Shown: piece by piece, positions 1 through 18,730 of the stretch
How positions within the stretch are numbered: the first letter of the stretch is position 1
Layout: each line of letters begins with the position of its first letter
Assembly: GCA_039096225.1 (NCBI GenBank)
Contig: JBBPEB010000003.1
Span: forward strand, 62,001 to 126,000
Origin: Blastocystis sp. Blastoise
Lineage: Eukaryota; Protista; Bigyra: Opalinata
Length of the DNA: 64,000 nt
Direction: 5' to 3'
Program-made: the position numbers and the translations under genes
Notes under the pieces: model-generated
Told to the model about the DNA's origin: nothing
Databases searched by the model: none
What the model saw: the letters and a program-made list of their open reading frames with translations, nothing else

Positions 1-1801
<1,801 letters not shown>

Positions 1802-2392
1802 TTGAAATTGTTTAATATTTCATATAAAAAGTAATAATTTATGAAAAAATCTTTTTATTCCCTAGAATTCCCTTTGATATTCGTGAATCTATTAAAATAA
1901 TTAAAAAGCAGAGTTTTGCACTCATCTGTGTTTATAAAATATTTAAATTCTTTTTCTATACATATCATATTGTGTTTTGTTGTGAAATAAATATAAACAA
2001 TTTAAACATGACCCAAAATCACTTATTTTCTATTAAAAAAAATCTCAAAAAAAAACTGCTTTGTTTCTCATGATCAATCTCAACATTCTTTATTATTCAT
2101 AATAAAAATATAATCATCTATGCTTCATTTATACTCATAGAATGCATAGAATTCTTTGCATGAATAATCATGAGAGTATCTGAATGGAAATTCTATTGTT
2201 TTCCCTCTGATTATGGAAATAATCACAAAAATCATCAGCATATTATTTTTAAATTTGTAGTATTATTTTACACGCGTGTAATTTAAATAGGTATATACAT
2301 ATATATATGCTCATACTACAAATACATAAGAACTCTATGAATATGGTTTTTTAAATATTCATTTATTGATCTTTTTAAATTTATAGTTCAAA

Positions 2393-4497
2393 ATGTCAGA
2401 TAGTACTGAAAAATCAGTAAATACGAATACTTCAAGTTCCTATGAACAACTTCGTTCTCAATTTAGAGATCAATTCTTAGAAAGAATGAAGAATGGTACT
2501 TCTAAGGAACAACTTATTGCTGAATCATGGATTGCTTTAGAGGACTGCTTTATGAATGACATTAAGAAGGAATCAGATAAATATAAATCTGCAGAATCAC
2601 AAATATCTGAACTTGAATCTAAACTTGAAGAAAATACTCAATCTCTAAATGTAATGAAGGATACATGTGAACAAAAGGAAAATGAAAATAAAGAATTATC
2701 GAATCAAATTCAAACATTAAAAACTGAATTATCTGAAAAAGAATCAAGTATAAAAGCTTCTATGGATTCTATTTCTGAATATAAAAAACAAATAGAAAAT
2801 TCTAATCTTAAATTGGAAGAAAATGAAAATCTAATAAAAGAAAAGGATTCTCTTTTAAAGGAAAAAGATTCTCTTTTAAAAGAGAAAGAAAGTATTATTA
2901 TGGAAAAAGATTCTCTTTTAAAAGAAAAAGAAAGTATTATTATGGAAAAAGATTCTCTTTTAAGAGAGAAAGAAGATGCATTATTATTATTAAAAAAGTC
3001 AAAAGAAGAATTAGAAAAGATATATGAAGAATGTAAGTTGTCTATAATGGCTAAGGAGAATGAAATCAGTACAATTCAGACTAATCTTAAAATGAAAGAT
3101 GATCAATTAAAAGAGAACCATGATACTCTACAACATCAATCTTCTCTTCTTTCTGAATGCCAATCTTCTATAACTGAACTTGAGAATAAGAATAAAGAGA
3201 ATGAAAATTCTATTCAAACCCTTCAAGAAAAGAATCAGCAAATATATGATGAAAAGAATCATTTAAATACTATTTTAAGAGAGAGCTATTCTTTATTATA
3301 TCCTGCTAATACAGATAAGGACACTATTGATATTAAGGAGATTCAAGAAAAGATTCAAACATTCTCTTCTTCTTTCAAAGAGATGGAGACTTCTCTTATA
3401 AATACACGAGAAGAAGTTACTACTCTTCAAGAAACTGTTTCTACTTTAGAAGCCACAAAACAACATTTATTAGAAGAACAACATAAGTGTTTCCCTATTC
3501 CTTCAAAATATGATATTGATAATGGTAAGTCAAATTATTATTATATTTTATGTATTATTATTATTATTGTTATTATTATTTTTGATTTATTATTTTCTTC
3601 ATGATTCTTATATTTTCTTCATTATTATTATATATTCTTTTTATTTTATTATATTATGATATTTATTTTATTATATTATGATATTTATTTTATTATATAT
3701 GATTTATTTTATTATATATGATATTTATTTTATTATATTATATATATTCTTATTACATTCTTTTTTCTTATATATTTTTCTTATGATTATATTATATATA
3801 TTCTTATTCTATTCATTATGATTATCTATAGGTATTCGTGTAGTTCGATGGGTTCCCGATGATATGACCGACACCTGTGAAGATTGTAATGCTAACTTTA
3901 GTACATTCAACAGAAAACATGTATAGCGTTTATTATAAACATTATTTTTATTGTCTATATTATAATATAATATAATATAATATAATATAATATAATATAA
4001 TATAATATAATATAATATAATATAATATAATATAATATAATATAATATAATATAATATAATATAATATAATATAATATAATATAATATAATATAATATAA
4101 TATAATATAATATAATATAATATAATATAATATAATATAATATAATATAATATAATATAATATAATATAATATAATATAATATAATATAATATAATATAA
4201 TATAATATAATATAATATAATATAATATAATATAATATAATATAATATAATATAATATAATATAATATAATATAATATAATATAATATAATATAATATAA
4301 TATAATATAATATAATATAATATAATATAATATAATATAATAAAATATAATATAATATAATCTATATATAGCATTGTAGAGCTTGTGGTCGTTTAGTATG
4401 TAGTAAATGTTGTCGTCAAGTGACAAAGAACGATAAATCTGTTTGGATGTGCACAAAGTGTCAATCTACTTCTTCTACTTCTCTTCCTAGTCAATAA
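2393..4497 (+). CDS. Coiled-coil protein with C-terminal FYVE zinc finger (exons 2393-3524, 3832-3920, 4372-4497)
   Basis: Long E/K/L heptads with KEKDSLL/KEKESII repeats. Spliced C-terminus WVPDDMTDTCEDCNANFSTFNRKH|HCRACGRLVCSKC...CTKC matches the FYVE WxxD and RKHHCR motifs. TAA at 4495-4497. Confidence 0.93.
3961..4360. repeat. (TATAA)n pentanucleotide array in the intron that splits the RKH|HCR motif
   Basis: About 80 near-perfect copies between donor 3921 and acceptor 4371. Confidence 0.97.
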
Positions 4498-5611
4498 AGA
4501 ATCATCAATCTAGTTAAGAAAAATAAATTATGATATATCTATTATATAGATTCATTTATTATATATTTGTTTTTTCTATATTATTATATATATCTTATTT
4601 CTTGCTTTCTTAAGAATAAATATTCTTCTATATATGTATATAATTTATTATATATTGTTTTTTTAGAATTCTATATTGATTATCAATTTCTATTTCTTAA
4701 TTTGACATTTTTTTTTATTCATAGAATGTATTATTTATTTTCATAAATATATATTTTTTATTTTTTATTAACTAATCAAGAAACTAAACTAAACTATACT
4801 ATTTAAAACTATGTATAGTATCATATATATATACAAATAAAGGACTAAACTGAAAAAAAAAGACTAATCCAAAAAAAAAACAACAAAATATAAGGAAATT
4901 AACACATAAAGACCTAGGGTATTTACTTTATTTAGACTCACATAATTCATTTATTAGGACTTTAGGAATACATAAAGAGTACAATAAAAAGGAAAACAAA
5001 TAATAAAAAAAATCAAATGAATTATAAGAAATCGCAATATTTTATGGATAAATATATGTATATATTCATACTGAATAAATACTATATATAAAGATAGGAG
5101 GATAGGAACAGTAACAAAAAAAAAGTCACTTTAAAAAAGTGAAAAGAATACCGTTCCTTAGAATCACATTATGGGATACAAAAATAGATTCGATTCAATT
5201 CTAATAGATGACACACAATATAATAAAATAATAGAGAATAGATTACATATATAATAACAAATATAAATTTATATAAATAAAAAGTAATATAAATAAAAAA
5301 AAAGAATTATATAAATAAAAAGATATATAAATAAAAAAATAGAATTATAAAAATAAAAAGATATATAAATAAAAAAAAAGAATTATATAAATAAAAAGAT
5401 ATATAAATAAAAAAATAGAATTATAAAAATAAAAAGATATATATAGAGAATAGAAAATCTATATAAATAAATATAAATAAATGTAAAAATACGATATATA
5501 AATAAATAATGAAAACAGTAATATATACATAAAAAAAAAATAAATATTAAATAAAAACAATTATTGACAACAGACTATTTCTAAATAAAAAGTGTTATAT
5601 ATATATAATAT

Positions 5612-7369
5612 TCATTGACGACACCATTGTTTGAAATCTTTTGGTTCCATTTGATGTATATATAAATAATCTGTTTGTGTAATATCATTAAGCCAGTTTC
5701 TAAAAGTGTTAGCATACCCCACATCCATACTTCGTTTAGCCACATAAACATTAGATAATAAAGAGAGATAACTTAAGAGTACGTCATCGGTATGTACTAA
5801 GCAATCTAAATAAGGGAATACATGCACATGCTTATTTATAGTAGAATTCGATAGTACCATCATCGGTCCATCAACAAATGGAAAACTATATGGTATACTA
5901 TAATAAGGAGTAGAATGCTTCCCAATTTGAATGACATCTGGAGAACAATCATAAAAATGGCCTACATATAAATCATCAGTAATCACACGATCTAAATATC
6001 TAAATAATACTTTTAAATTAAAGCAAGAATCATCATCTGTTATAGCTACAAACTTTGTAGTTGTATTAGAATATATATATAGATCTTCAATCATCATAAC
6101 TTTCAATGTATTATTCCCATAAGTATCCAATATATTCATACCTATAATATCTTTATTGACTCTTTGTTCTTCAAGAATTGCTTTCTCTACAGAAAGATCA
6201 TTATTTCTACCTATTAAAAAATATATTTTAAAAGGATGTTTTCTATTGTAAGAAGCATTTTTATACGAATAACGAACCATATCTCGTTTCGCTTTATTAT
6301 GTATACCTGATTTCGCAAAGAATACTATAAAATAAGGATCAAATAAATCTTTTAATTGATCATAGAAAGGAAACGTATAGAATGAAAACCGTGTTCCTAC
6401 AGGAAAGAAATAGACCGTAGGTCTATAGGTAGGATAAAACATATTTAGGGAAGGAGGAAGAGCAGTAGGGATCTGATAATGATATTTAATAACAGTTCGA
6501 TTATGAAAGTATTGTATAGGATTATAAGGATGATAATATTCTTCGAAACGATCGACGGGGCTCTTCGTTAAATGAAAAACAGATATCTGACCATATAGTA
6601 TATTATTCTCTACAAAAAATGTAGGTAATTGTTTTTGAATATCTAATTGAATCGATTTACTCATTTTAATATTATCCCTCTTCTGAGCATGAACCAATCT
6701 CTGACGCTTTTCATAATCATTTAAATATTCCTTACGTAACAACGTGTAATTCTGAACATACTTTGGAATTGGACTCAATAACTTTGACATAAATACATGA
6801 TGCATAAGTCTACCCTTCTGCTCTTTTGATAATTTAAAATTATTTAATTCTTCTTGATAATCTCGAATAGGAATCGAATCTTCAAAATCACTCTCATTTA
6901 GATGATTCCATATATCTAGAGTATTCACATAAGGAAATAACTTTGCCAATAAATCTGAATATGGACGATTTGATGTATTAATAAGTGACTTATTCAAATT
7001 ATTACGAACACCAAGTTGTATTGAAGACGTATTTTTTGGTGTCCACAAATCAGGTATCTGGAATAACTGTACATTAGCGGTTCTATTTGATTTCTGACTT
7101 GATAAAACACTTGGATTAAATGGTGACGTCATTTCCATTAACTTTGTTTCAAAGTCCTCTATATCAATGTAAAATGAACTCATAAATATCTTTCACTAAT
7201 ATATAAACATACTAATCACGTCTGAATTAATTTCAAAGGCAACACTTGAATTGCCTAAAACAAACAATCGTGGAAAAACTATTTCTTTCTCATAAAACTT
7301 TAGATAAACTGATAGAGAGCAAATAAATATAATTATAATCAAAACGATTGAATTATAAAGTAGATGCAT
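5612..7369 (-). CDS. GT31-family beta-1,3-glycosyltransferase, type II membrane protein (30-nt intron 7190-7219)
   Basis: C-terminal motifs FLIG...ILEEQRVNKDII...DTYGNNTLKV, ITDDDS, YVG, PFVDGP and DDVLL. An upstream exon from ATG 7369 adds the TM anchor IVLIIIIFICSLSVYL via a phase-0 GT..AG 30-nt intron. Confidence 0.88.
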
Positions 7370-7786
7370 GTTGATAAAAAGGATGAATGAATGCTAAGAT
7401 TGAAACAAATAATTTTTTTCAGCTATTTTCAGATTTTTTCTTACCTTGATAATTCATTATATCATATATAAAATTCATAATCAAAAGGATACTTAAGTAT
7501 AGTTCTTGATTGGGTTTCGATATTTATTATTATTTTGATATTTGGTCCATGATTATGAAGAAAATATTTTGAGTATTGTTATTTTATCTGCATTAATTCA
7601 ATGAAAATCATTTATTTTGGAATGTATTAAAATATCTATATTAGATAAATGATTCAATTATGTTTATGATTTGGATTCACATTTAAATTTAAAAGATACA
7701 TTTAAAAATTGCCTAACATATATTTATAAATTATTGTGTCATTTTCGTTAAATCAAATTATATGTATTATTTTTTTGTTGTATAAA

Positions 7787-8100
7787 GAATCCTTCAATTG
7801 CAAAGAATGGATTGTTTCAAAAAATATTATAGAACACAATCTCATTCTCCAAGATGATTGGCTTATTTTAGAAACTGACCAATCTTTGCATTCTTTTTAA
7901 ATGACTATTGGTTCCCTTACTAAAGAAATAAACACAAGTTGAAATTGATAAATCATCGTAAATAGGTGTAATTCATAATAGCTATAGTGGAAGATATTTC
8001 TGGTATAGTAACCATAGTAAAATAGGATAATAGGCAGGTAGCTTAATAACCTGAACAATGGTTAATGTGATTTATCCTGAAAACATTTATTCTAAATAGA
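7787..8100 (+). pseudogene. Possible decayed coding remnant
   Basis: Reads as protein-like (ESFNCKEWIVSKNIIEHNLILQDDWLILETDQ...GRYFWYSNH) but has several stops and a frameshift. No family recognised. Confidence 0.25.
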
Positions 8101-8255
8101 TTCTTACTAATAAGTGAGAGAATGCTGTGTATTTTTATTTTTCTCATTATTCGTTTTTAATTCATTTTTTATAAACTACTTTTATTACTGAAATATGAAT
8201 AAAAAAATAATGTTGTTAATTCTAACACTATAAACAATTTTTGTTTTTTTGACCC

Positions 8256-8757
8256 TATTTCCCGTAAGAGAAACAACAAAATGACTGGAGTTTTTTAGTC
8301 AAAAAAGTGTTGGCCTAAACCCGAGAGCAAAAGCTCCGCCAACTTGTCGAGTTTCTCTCTTTTTGACAAGAATAACTTAAAAATAACTCTAAAAAATATA
8401 TTGTTTATTTATATAATCATAGACATTCTAAATATTGACTATTTTACAGTGTTTTATGATTTAAAATGACTGTTTAAAACCAAAAAGACTTTAATTTTTT
8501 CTCTGAAGTCTATAATTCAGGAATGGATTACATGAGTGAGAAGTTTTTAAAATTTGTGTATTCTCTGAGTGATATATTATCATTTCAATTATTCTCGTCA
8601 AGTCCTTTTACAATAAAAACCATTATACAGCCTAAACCAAAACACACCTAAAAATTTCTTCTTTTTTATTTCCCAAGGAAAAAACAATAAAATGACTTGA
8701 CTTTTTTATTCATAATTTTTTAGCCTAAAGACGACAACATTTCTTTCAGCCAACTAC
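8256..8757 (+). repeat. Degenerate ~90-bp direct repeat (about 8256-8345 and 8667-8757) in the left subterminal region
   Basis: tatttcccgtaagagaaacaacaaaatgactggagttttttagtc..gcctaaa..gccaact versus tatttcccaaggaaaaaacaataaaaatgacttgacttttttattc..gcctaaa..gccaact. Confidence 0.65.
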
Positions 8758-9350
8758 CCTAGAAAGTCAAAACAATTAAAAATTCAAAAAAGAAAAGTAA
8801 AACGGAAGCTCTTGTTTTTGTTTATTGATTATCGTCAATAAACCTGTTTTTAAAAATATGACTTTAGAATATCATTCAGGACGTGATTTATAGTTCAGGG
8901 TATCGTTTTAAGGTTTAAAATAGCTTTTTTGAGAGAATTCATAATTATGTCCTAAACCAAGAGGAGTTGTGCGTTTTTATCATCTCTGTTGTTAGACATA
9001 CTTATACACAACATACTCAGCTTACAAAATTGTTTTTCTTGCTTGTTGTGATTTTCACTCATTTTTGAATATTTGATTTTTAGTCTCAAAAGTGGTATAA
9101 AGTGTCTATACATGCCTGTAAGAATCGATTTTAATACTATAAAGTCAAAAATATTAAAGAAAAGTGACAGTGAAAAAAAGGAGGGAAAAAATATTTTTTT
9201 GAGTTTCTAGATATTCCCGCAAAAATGATTTTTCTTTTAAGACCTGAATACACCCATACGCTATTGAGCCTATTGACTTAGAAAATATTTCATTTGTTAC
9301 ATATTTTTTTTATTTTTATTCTATTTTTATTTGCCTTTATTTTTAAAAAT

Positions 9351-13550
<4,200 letters not shown>

Positions 13551-13619
13551 CCTTAAGCTTATATTGGTAAGTATCTATCAGTTGATGATAGAAAACAGGT
13601 TCAATTCCTGTCTTAAGGT
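13551..13619 (+). ncRNA. tRNA-like (mascRNA-architecture) element 1
   Basis: CCTTAAG-CTTA-TATTGG-TAAG-TATCTATCA-GTTGA-TGATAGAAA-ACAGG-TTCAATT-CCTGT-CTTAAGG-T. 7-bp acceptor, 4-bp D arm, 9-bp stem (1 mismatch), 5-bp T arm with canonical T loop/B box GGTTCAATTCC. Confidence 0.85.
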
Positions 13620-16069
13620 CAATTACATAACTAATTCTTTATATATAGGTATCAATAATTATATAATATTAATTTTTTCAAAAATTATCTATTCAAAGAG
13701 ATGAAGATAAATTAGATCAATTACTATTTTTTCTTTACATACGTATTTATTTCATTATTGAATGCATTGATAATATATAGATCAATCAAAAATAGCATTC
13801 AAAATAATCTTTTTAACAAAAAGAGACACAATAACAGTCAATTACTTCTTAAGTGTATTATAAAACAAAATAATCTTCTCAAAAGATTATTCAAGTCGTT
13901 TTATAATGAGTATATGTGAAAAATTAGTTTAGTTCAAAATAATAATTCTCATTTTCAAAATTTGATTATCAAATTATTCTGCGTAATTTTTTTCTCGTAT
14001 AATCACTATACCCTTTTACACTAGAAAATAATCATTTAAATTCATTTTTAACTTGATAAATAATAAATTAAGAATTTATTCTTGTTAGAAAACAAAATTC
14101 TTAGAAAATAATGCTAGGATCATACAAATAATCAATACAAATATTCAATCATACACCTTTAATGTGATTTAAGACAAGTCATAAAAATGGAGATTGTCAA
14201 TATTTTATATTTTTTAACTAATTGATATCTTAATAACTTTTAAACTTCATTTAAACACTAAATATGTAATATAATATGTTTTTGTCATTTTCGAAATTAG
14301 AATATGTATTTCAAATAATTTTAGTTTTACTAAAAATCACTTAAAATGAATACACAGAGTTTGTAGACAATAAATAAATTATGAATAAAACTATATATCG
14401 ATATAAGACTTTTTTTGACAAAAAAGTGATTTTTGCATTTGTTTTATAATAAACTATCAACACGACTCCGACTATTCAACTAAAAATATATAAAATATGA
14501 TTTTTGTTTGTTTATACGTATATTTGATAATAGTAAGTCCTTGAATACTAGAAAAAGTTCTTGCTGAGTAATTATAAAATACTATTTTGATTTGTTTTTG
14601 ATATTATTTAAATGAAAAACACTATTTGCATGAAAAAACGCTTACCTTATGTATATCAAGTCTATTTAAAGATATTAGAAGACTTTAACTTGATTTCAAT
14701 TATTGCTTTAATTCACTTTAAAAATATTTTTTCCACTCTCTTTGTCATATTGTGATAATAAATTAATAAAAAATCTGGACAAATACATTAAAAAATAATA
14801 ATTTATAACATTTTTGACTCTAGACCTTTTTTATCTTCATTTTCTTTATTTTATCATTTTATTGAAGATATATGATTCAAAAGAATTCTTTAAATAATGA
14901 TTCAGGCAATCATTCTGGATTATATAAATGACTTTTATTCTGGAAATAGAAGTTTCAGAGTCTTCTCTATAAGTCTGTATTGTAACCTATATTTATTTTT
15001 TAAAAGACTTATACTTACTGAGTGATACTAAAAATAATTTTGACAATTAAGGATAAAAATCACTCTTCCATAGTCAAAACTGATTATAAAATGATATAAT
15101 GATAAATAACTATATAATTCTTTAAAATAAAACAATTTTTGTATTACTTATGATAATTAGGATAAATTGAAAATAACAATAACAATATCCATTTTCCTCA
15201 TAGAAATAAAATTTCTCTTTCTCTTTTATTCTTAACCATTCATTTTATTTATGATGAAGATTCTCTATATTTAGTAGATATGAAATTATTCATGTTTATT
15301 TTCATTATTTCAGCTATATCTTTTAAATTCCTATTACACCCTTTTATAACAAAACAAAATCCTACATGACTTATTACATATTTATTTTATTATATCTTAT
15401 ATGATTAATATGATATATTATTAAATTATTACTTTATTTTATTATATATGATACTATTATGATGGTAGGTGTTTGCTGTTTCTTTATATTTTATTTTTTC
15501 TACTCTATTCATTCATTTTCTATAGTAGCTGTCTCTGCTTGGTGTTTTGACACTTGCTGGTCTCCTTAAACGTTCTGGTCCTTCTTTTGTGTGGTCGTGG
15601 CTCTCTTATAGATGGGTTCTTTAGGTCTAGAATGGAAGGAATCAATGTTAAAAGAAGGTATATATCATCTATATTATCTATTACATATTATATAACTAAC
15701 CCCACTTTATATTTATATAGCAGTAATGTATATATTTATATTTTATTATTCTATATTAATTTACTTTATTATATATTATTATATTATATAACTTACTCTA
15801 TCTTTATATAGGTTTCCGGGGGTCACTATGAGGCAGGATTTTTTTGCAAAATCTCTCCAAAATGAAGATTTGTATATCAGACTGAATCAGAACCCTTTCA
15901 GCTTAATTATAAACATGGGGAAAAACCTTAATATATTTGATAAATTCACGGGAATATAAAAAATGTCTTTAAAAATGACCCAATGAAAATTATATATTAT
16001 TTTATATCAGCCAATAAAACATATTTAAAATAAACAAAACGATTGGATAACTTTTCAAGCATTAATATA

Positions 16070-16560
16070 CAGAAGAAAGAACAAAGAAAAGAGAAAAAAA
16101 GACAAGGAAAAAAAAGAAGAAGAGAAGAACAATTTAAGTTTGTAATGGAGTAATCTATACAGCTATTAACACTCTAATAAGACCGCAGAAAGTTTCAATA
16201 CCTATATATAAAGAAATGATAAGAATGTAAAGAATAAAAGGTGAATATAAGTAAATACCATTGATAAGAAGCTTTGTAATGGGTCAAGGTTGAGATACTT
16301 GGTCTTCTTATAGATGCTAGAATATAATTAGTAAAAATGAATAGAAACATACCTTTCCAATTACTATTGTTTTTGATATTTTGAGTTGATAATAATATAA
16401 TAAACCTATAGAATTAATTATAGAATAAATATATATATACCTTATCCATAATCGTATTCATTTACTTATTATATTGATGATATAAAGAAACCTATATACT
16501 ATTATATGTATAAAATAATAAAAATACATTTTATAGAACCTTTATTATATATTTTTGAAA
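16070..16560 (-). ncRNA. Putative five-exon short non-coding transcript in the inner element
   Basis: Four short GTAT...TAG introns on the minus strand (about 16492-16527, 16406-16440, 16317-16352, 16202-16258). The ATG at 16461 reaches a stop after 20 codons. Pyrimidine-rich tail. Confidence 0.4.
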
Positions 16561-16655
16561 TATAAATAGAAAAAATATTTATGTAAAGATTGAAAATTAT
16601 TAAAAAAAATAAACAGGGGTGGGGGTAAAAGAGAATCTTTTTATTTATATATAAA

Positions 16656-16706
16656 CTAGGGTCACGCCGCAGGTCCAGTGCCTAACGGCCCCGGACCGCG
16701 GCTGCA
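16656..16706 (-). other. Isolated GC-rich hairpin followed by CTAG|T, resembling a Helitron 3' terminus
   Basis: Minus strand GCCGC-GGTCC-GG-G-GCC-GTTA-GGC-A-CT-GGACC-T-GCGGC, then GTGACC-CTAG-T. It stands out sharply from the AT-rich background. Confidence 0.55.
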
Positions 16707-16840
16707 TAAAGAGTATATAAAAAATATTTATTATCTTTTATCTTATATATTATATATATATAGTTTTTAATATGAGTCATTTATTATATATTATATATTA
16801 TATATTATATATATTATTTATTATTTATTAAATATTAATT

Positions 16841-16909
16841 TCTTATACTCTATATGGAGAGTTACAATTATTTTATGATTGTAATCAGGTTCAATTCCTG
16901 ATATAAGAT
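16841..16909 (+). ncRNA. tRNA-like (mascRNA-architecture) element 2
   Basis: TCTTATA-CTCT-ATATGG-AGAG-TTACAATTA-TTTTA-TGATTGTAA-TCAGG-TTCAATT-CCTGA-TATAAGA-T. Same arm and loop lengths as element 1, fully paired (one G-U). Confidence 0.88.
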
Positions 16910-16949
16910 TATTTTAGACTTTTTAAATAAGAAATTAAAAAAGAGAAAA

Positions 16950-18730
16950 AATTATTGTTTAATTAAAATCACTTTCTAAGTCAATTTTTTCACAACAATT
17001 TATTTTTAAAATATATTTTGTATTTAGTAATAATTAAACAACTGTTTAAAACATTCTTTGAGTTTTTAAAGTCAATAACTTTAGAAATGAGTACCAATGT
17101 GAAGTAGTGTAAAGTATTTTTAATTCATAAAATTCATTTAAATAAGCATAATATAATAATTTTAACTCATTTTAATACTTTTTAAAAGAATTAGAAAGCT
17201 TTAATCATAACAAAGTCAGCATTCATTCTAACTTTGACAACTAAAACATTATTTAAAAAGTTAATATTTTTATATTCGTCTCAAATAATGATTTTAACAT
17301 AAATAACTCAAAATAGTAACTTTTAAATAGACTTTACCCATTCAAGATCCACTGTATCAAAACAGTTTCCGTCAGTCTTTTGATATAATATAGAGTTTAT
17401 CATACTATTTATTAAATAAAAGTAAATGTTTTGAATCTCTTTCTTAAAGACCCTTTTTGACACATTATGAAAAGTTGACACACTTAAACTCATTTTTAAA
17501 TGCTAATATTTACACACTTTACTTAATATGACCATAGCTACACATTGGTGATCACTTTAAAACATTTTGTAAACCTTTTGCATTTGCTCATTTACTTCGA
17601 CCAAAATATTTTCATCCCTCCTTTTGACATAATATAGAGTGTGTTGTCTAATTATATGAAAGCGATGGGGAATTTTGAATCTCGTCCTCTAAGTCAATCA
17701 TTTTCACATTTTTTAAAATTAAGACCCTTAGAGTTGATTTTTGAAGTTAATTTTTCTACAGTGTTCCAAAAACACGATTTTGGATAAACTGAAGTAAAAA
17801 TATTTTTTCAATAACTCTCACAACCCTTCACACATCCAGTCTCTAAAAATAGTTTTTGCTATATTTTTGATATGTTGTAGAGTGTCTCTTAGTGTATACT
17901 GAACAATATCTCGTTTCTTAAAACTCTCATTTTATGACTCTCTTTGAACATATTTTTACTAATTGAAAGGCTTAAACATATTTTTAAAAGCTAATATTTA
18001 CATAGTAGACTTTATATGACTCTATAAGCACATTAGTCAACACTTTAGACTTTTTAAGGACACTTTACCATTTGGTCATACACTTTGATCAAAACATTTT
18101 CGTCCCTTCTTTTAACATAATATAGCTCATACACTCTAGTTTAATGAATAAACACTCTTATTTTGAATCTCGTCCTCTAAGTCACTCATTTTTACATTTT
18201 TTTAAATTTAAGACCCTTAGAGTTGATTTTTTGACTCAATTTTTCTACAGTGCACGAAATTCACGATTTTAAATAAACTGAAGTAAAAATAAATTTTTAA
18301 TAACTCTCACAACACCTCACACATCCACTCTCTAAAAATTATTTTCTTTGCACTTTTGATATGTTGTAGAGCTACTACAGCTGTACACTAATTAAAATCT
18401 ATAAATTTTTTATTCATAGTTTAAGACTATGTTTTACACATTTATTTAAATTTGGCAACCTTAAACTATTTATTTAAAGTTCTTATTCATAGAATATACT
18501 TAATACATGATTCTATACACATATGCAAACACTTTTACTTTTTAAGACACATTTTGTCATTTGGTGATACACTTTGACCATCATAATTTTGACTCTCCTT
18601 TTAACATAGAATAGAGTATTATCTCTAGTTTACTAAACAAAAGTCATTATATTGAATCTTATCCTCTAAGACCACTTAATTCACATTTTTTCAAAATTGT
18701 GACACTCAAACTCATTATTTTAAGACCTTG
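16950..18730. repeat. Degenerate ~244-bp satellite with ~488-bp dimeric higher-order period
   Basis: GAATCT-anchored monomers at 17433, 17677, (17921), 18165, (18410) and 18654. 17677-17882 and 18165-18371 are clearly the closest pair. More eroded copies lie to the left. Confidence 0.8.

Noticed and set aside
8009-8086. Possible pseudoknot or ribozyme (TAACCATAGT/ACAATGGTTA, AGGATAA/TTATCCT, CAGGT/ACCTG)
   Set aside because: No catalytic consensus of HDV, twister, pistol or hammerhead. It is a single copy within apparent decayed coding sequence and plausibly chance.
13551-16909. Canonical tRNA-Gln(TTG), tRNA-Lys(TTT) or a TTA suppressor tRNA
   Set aside because: No nt 8-9 linker or variable loop, and a 9-bp stem with a 5-nt loop. 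Element 1 would have G at position 33. A TTA anticodon register breaks the stem. Neighbouring genes use standard stops.
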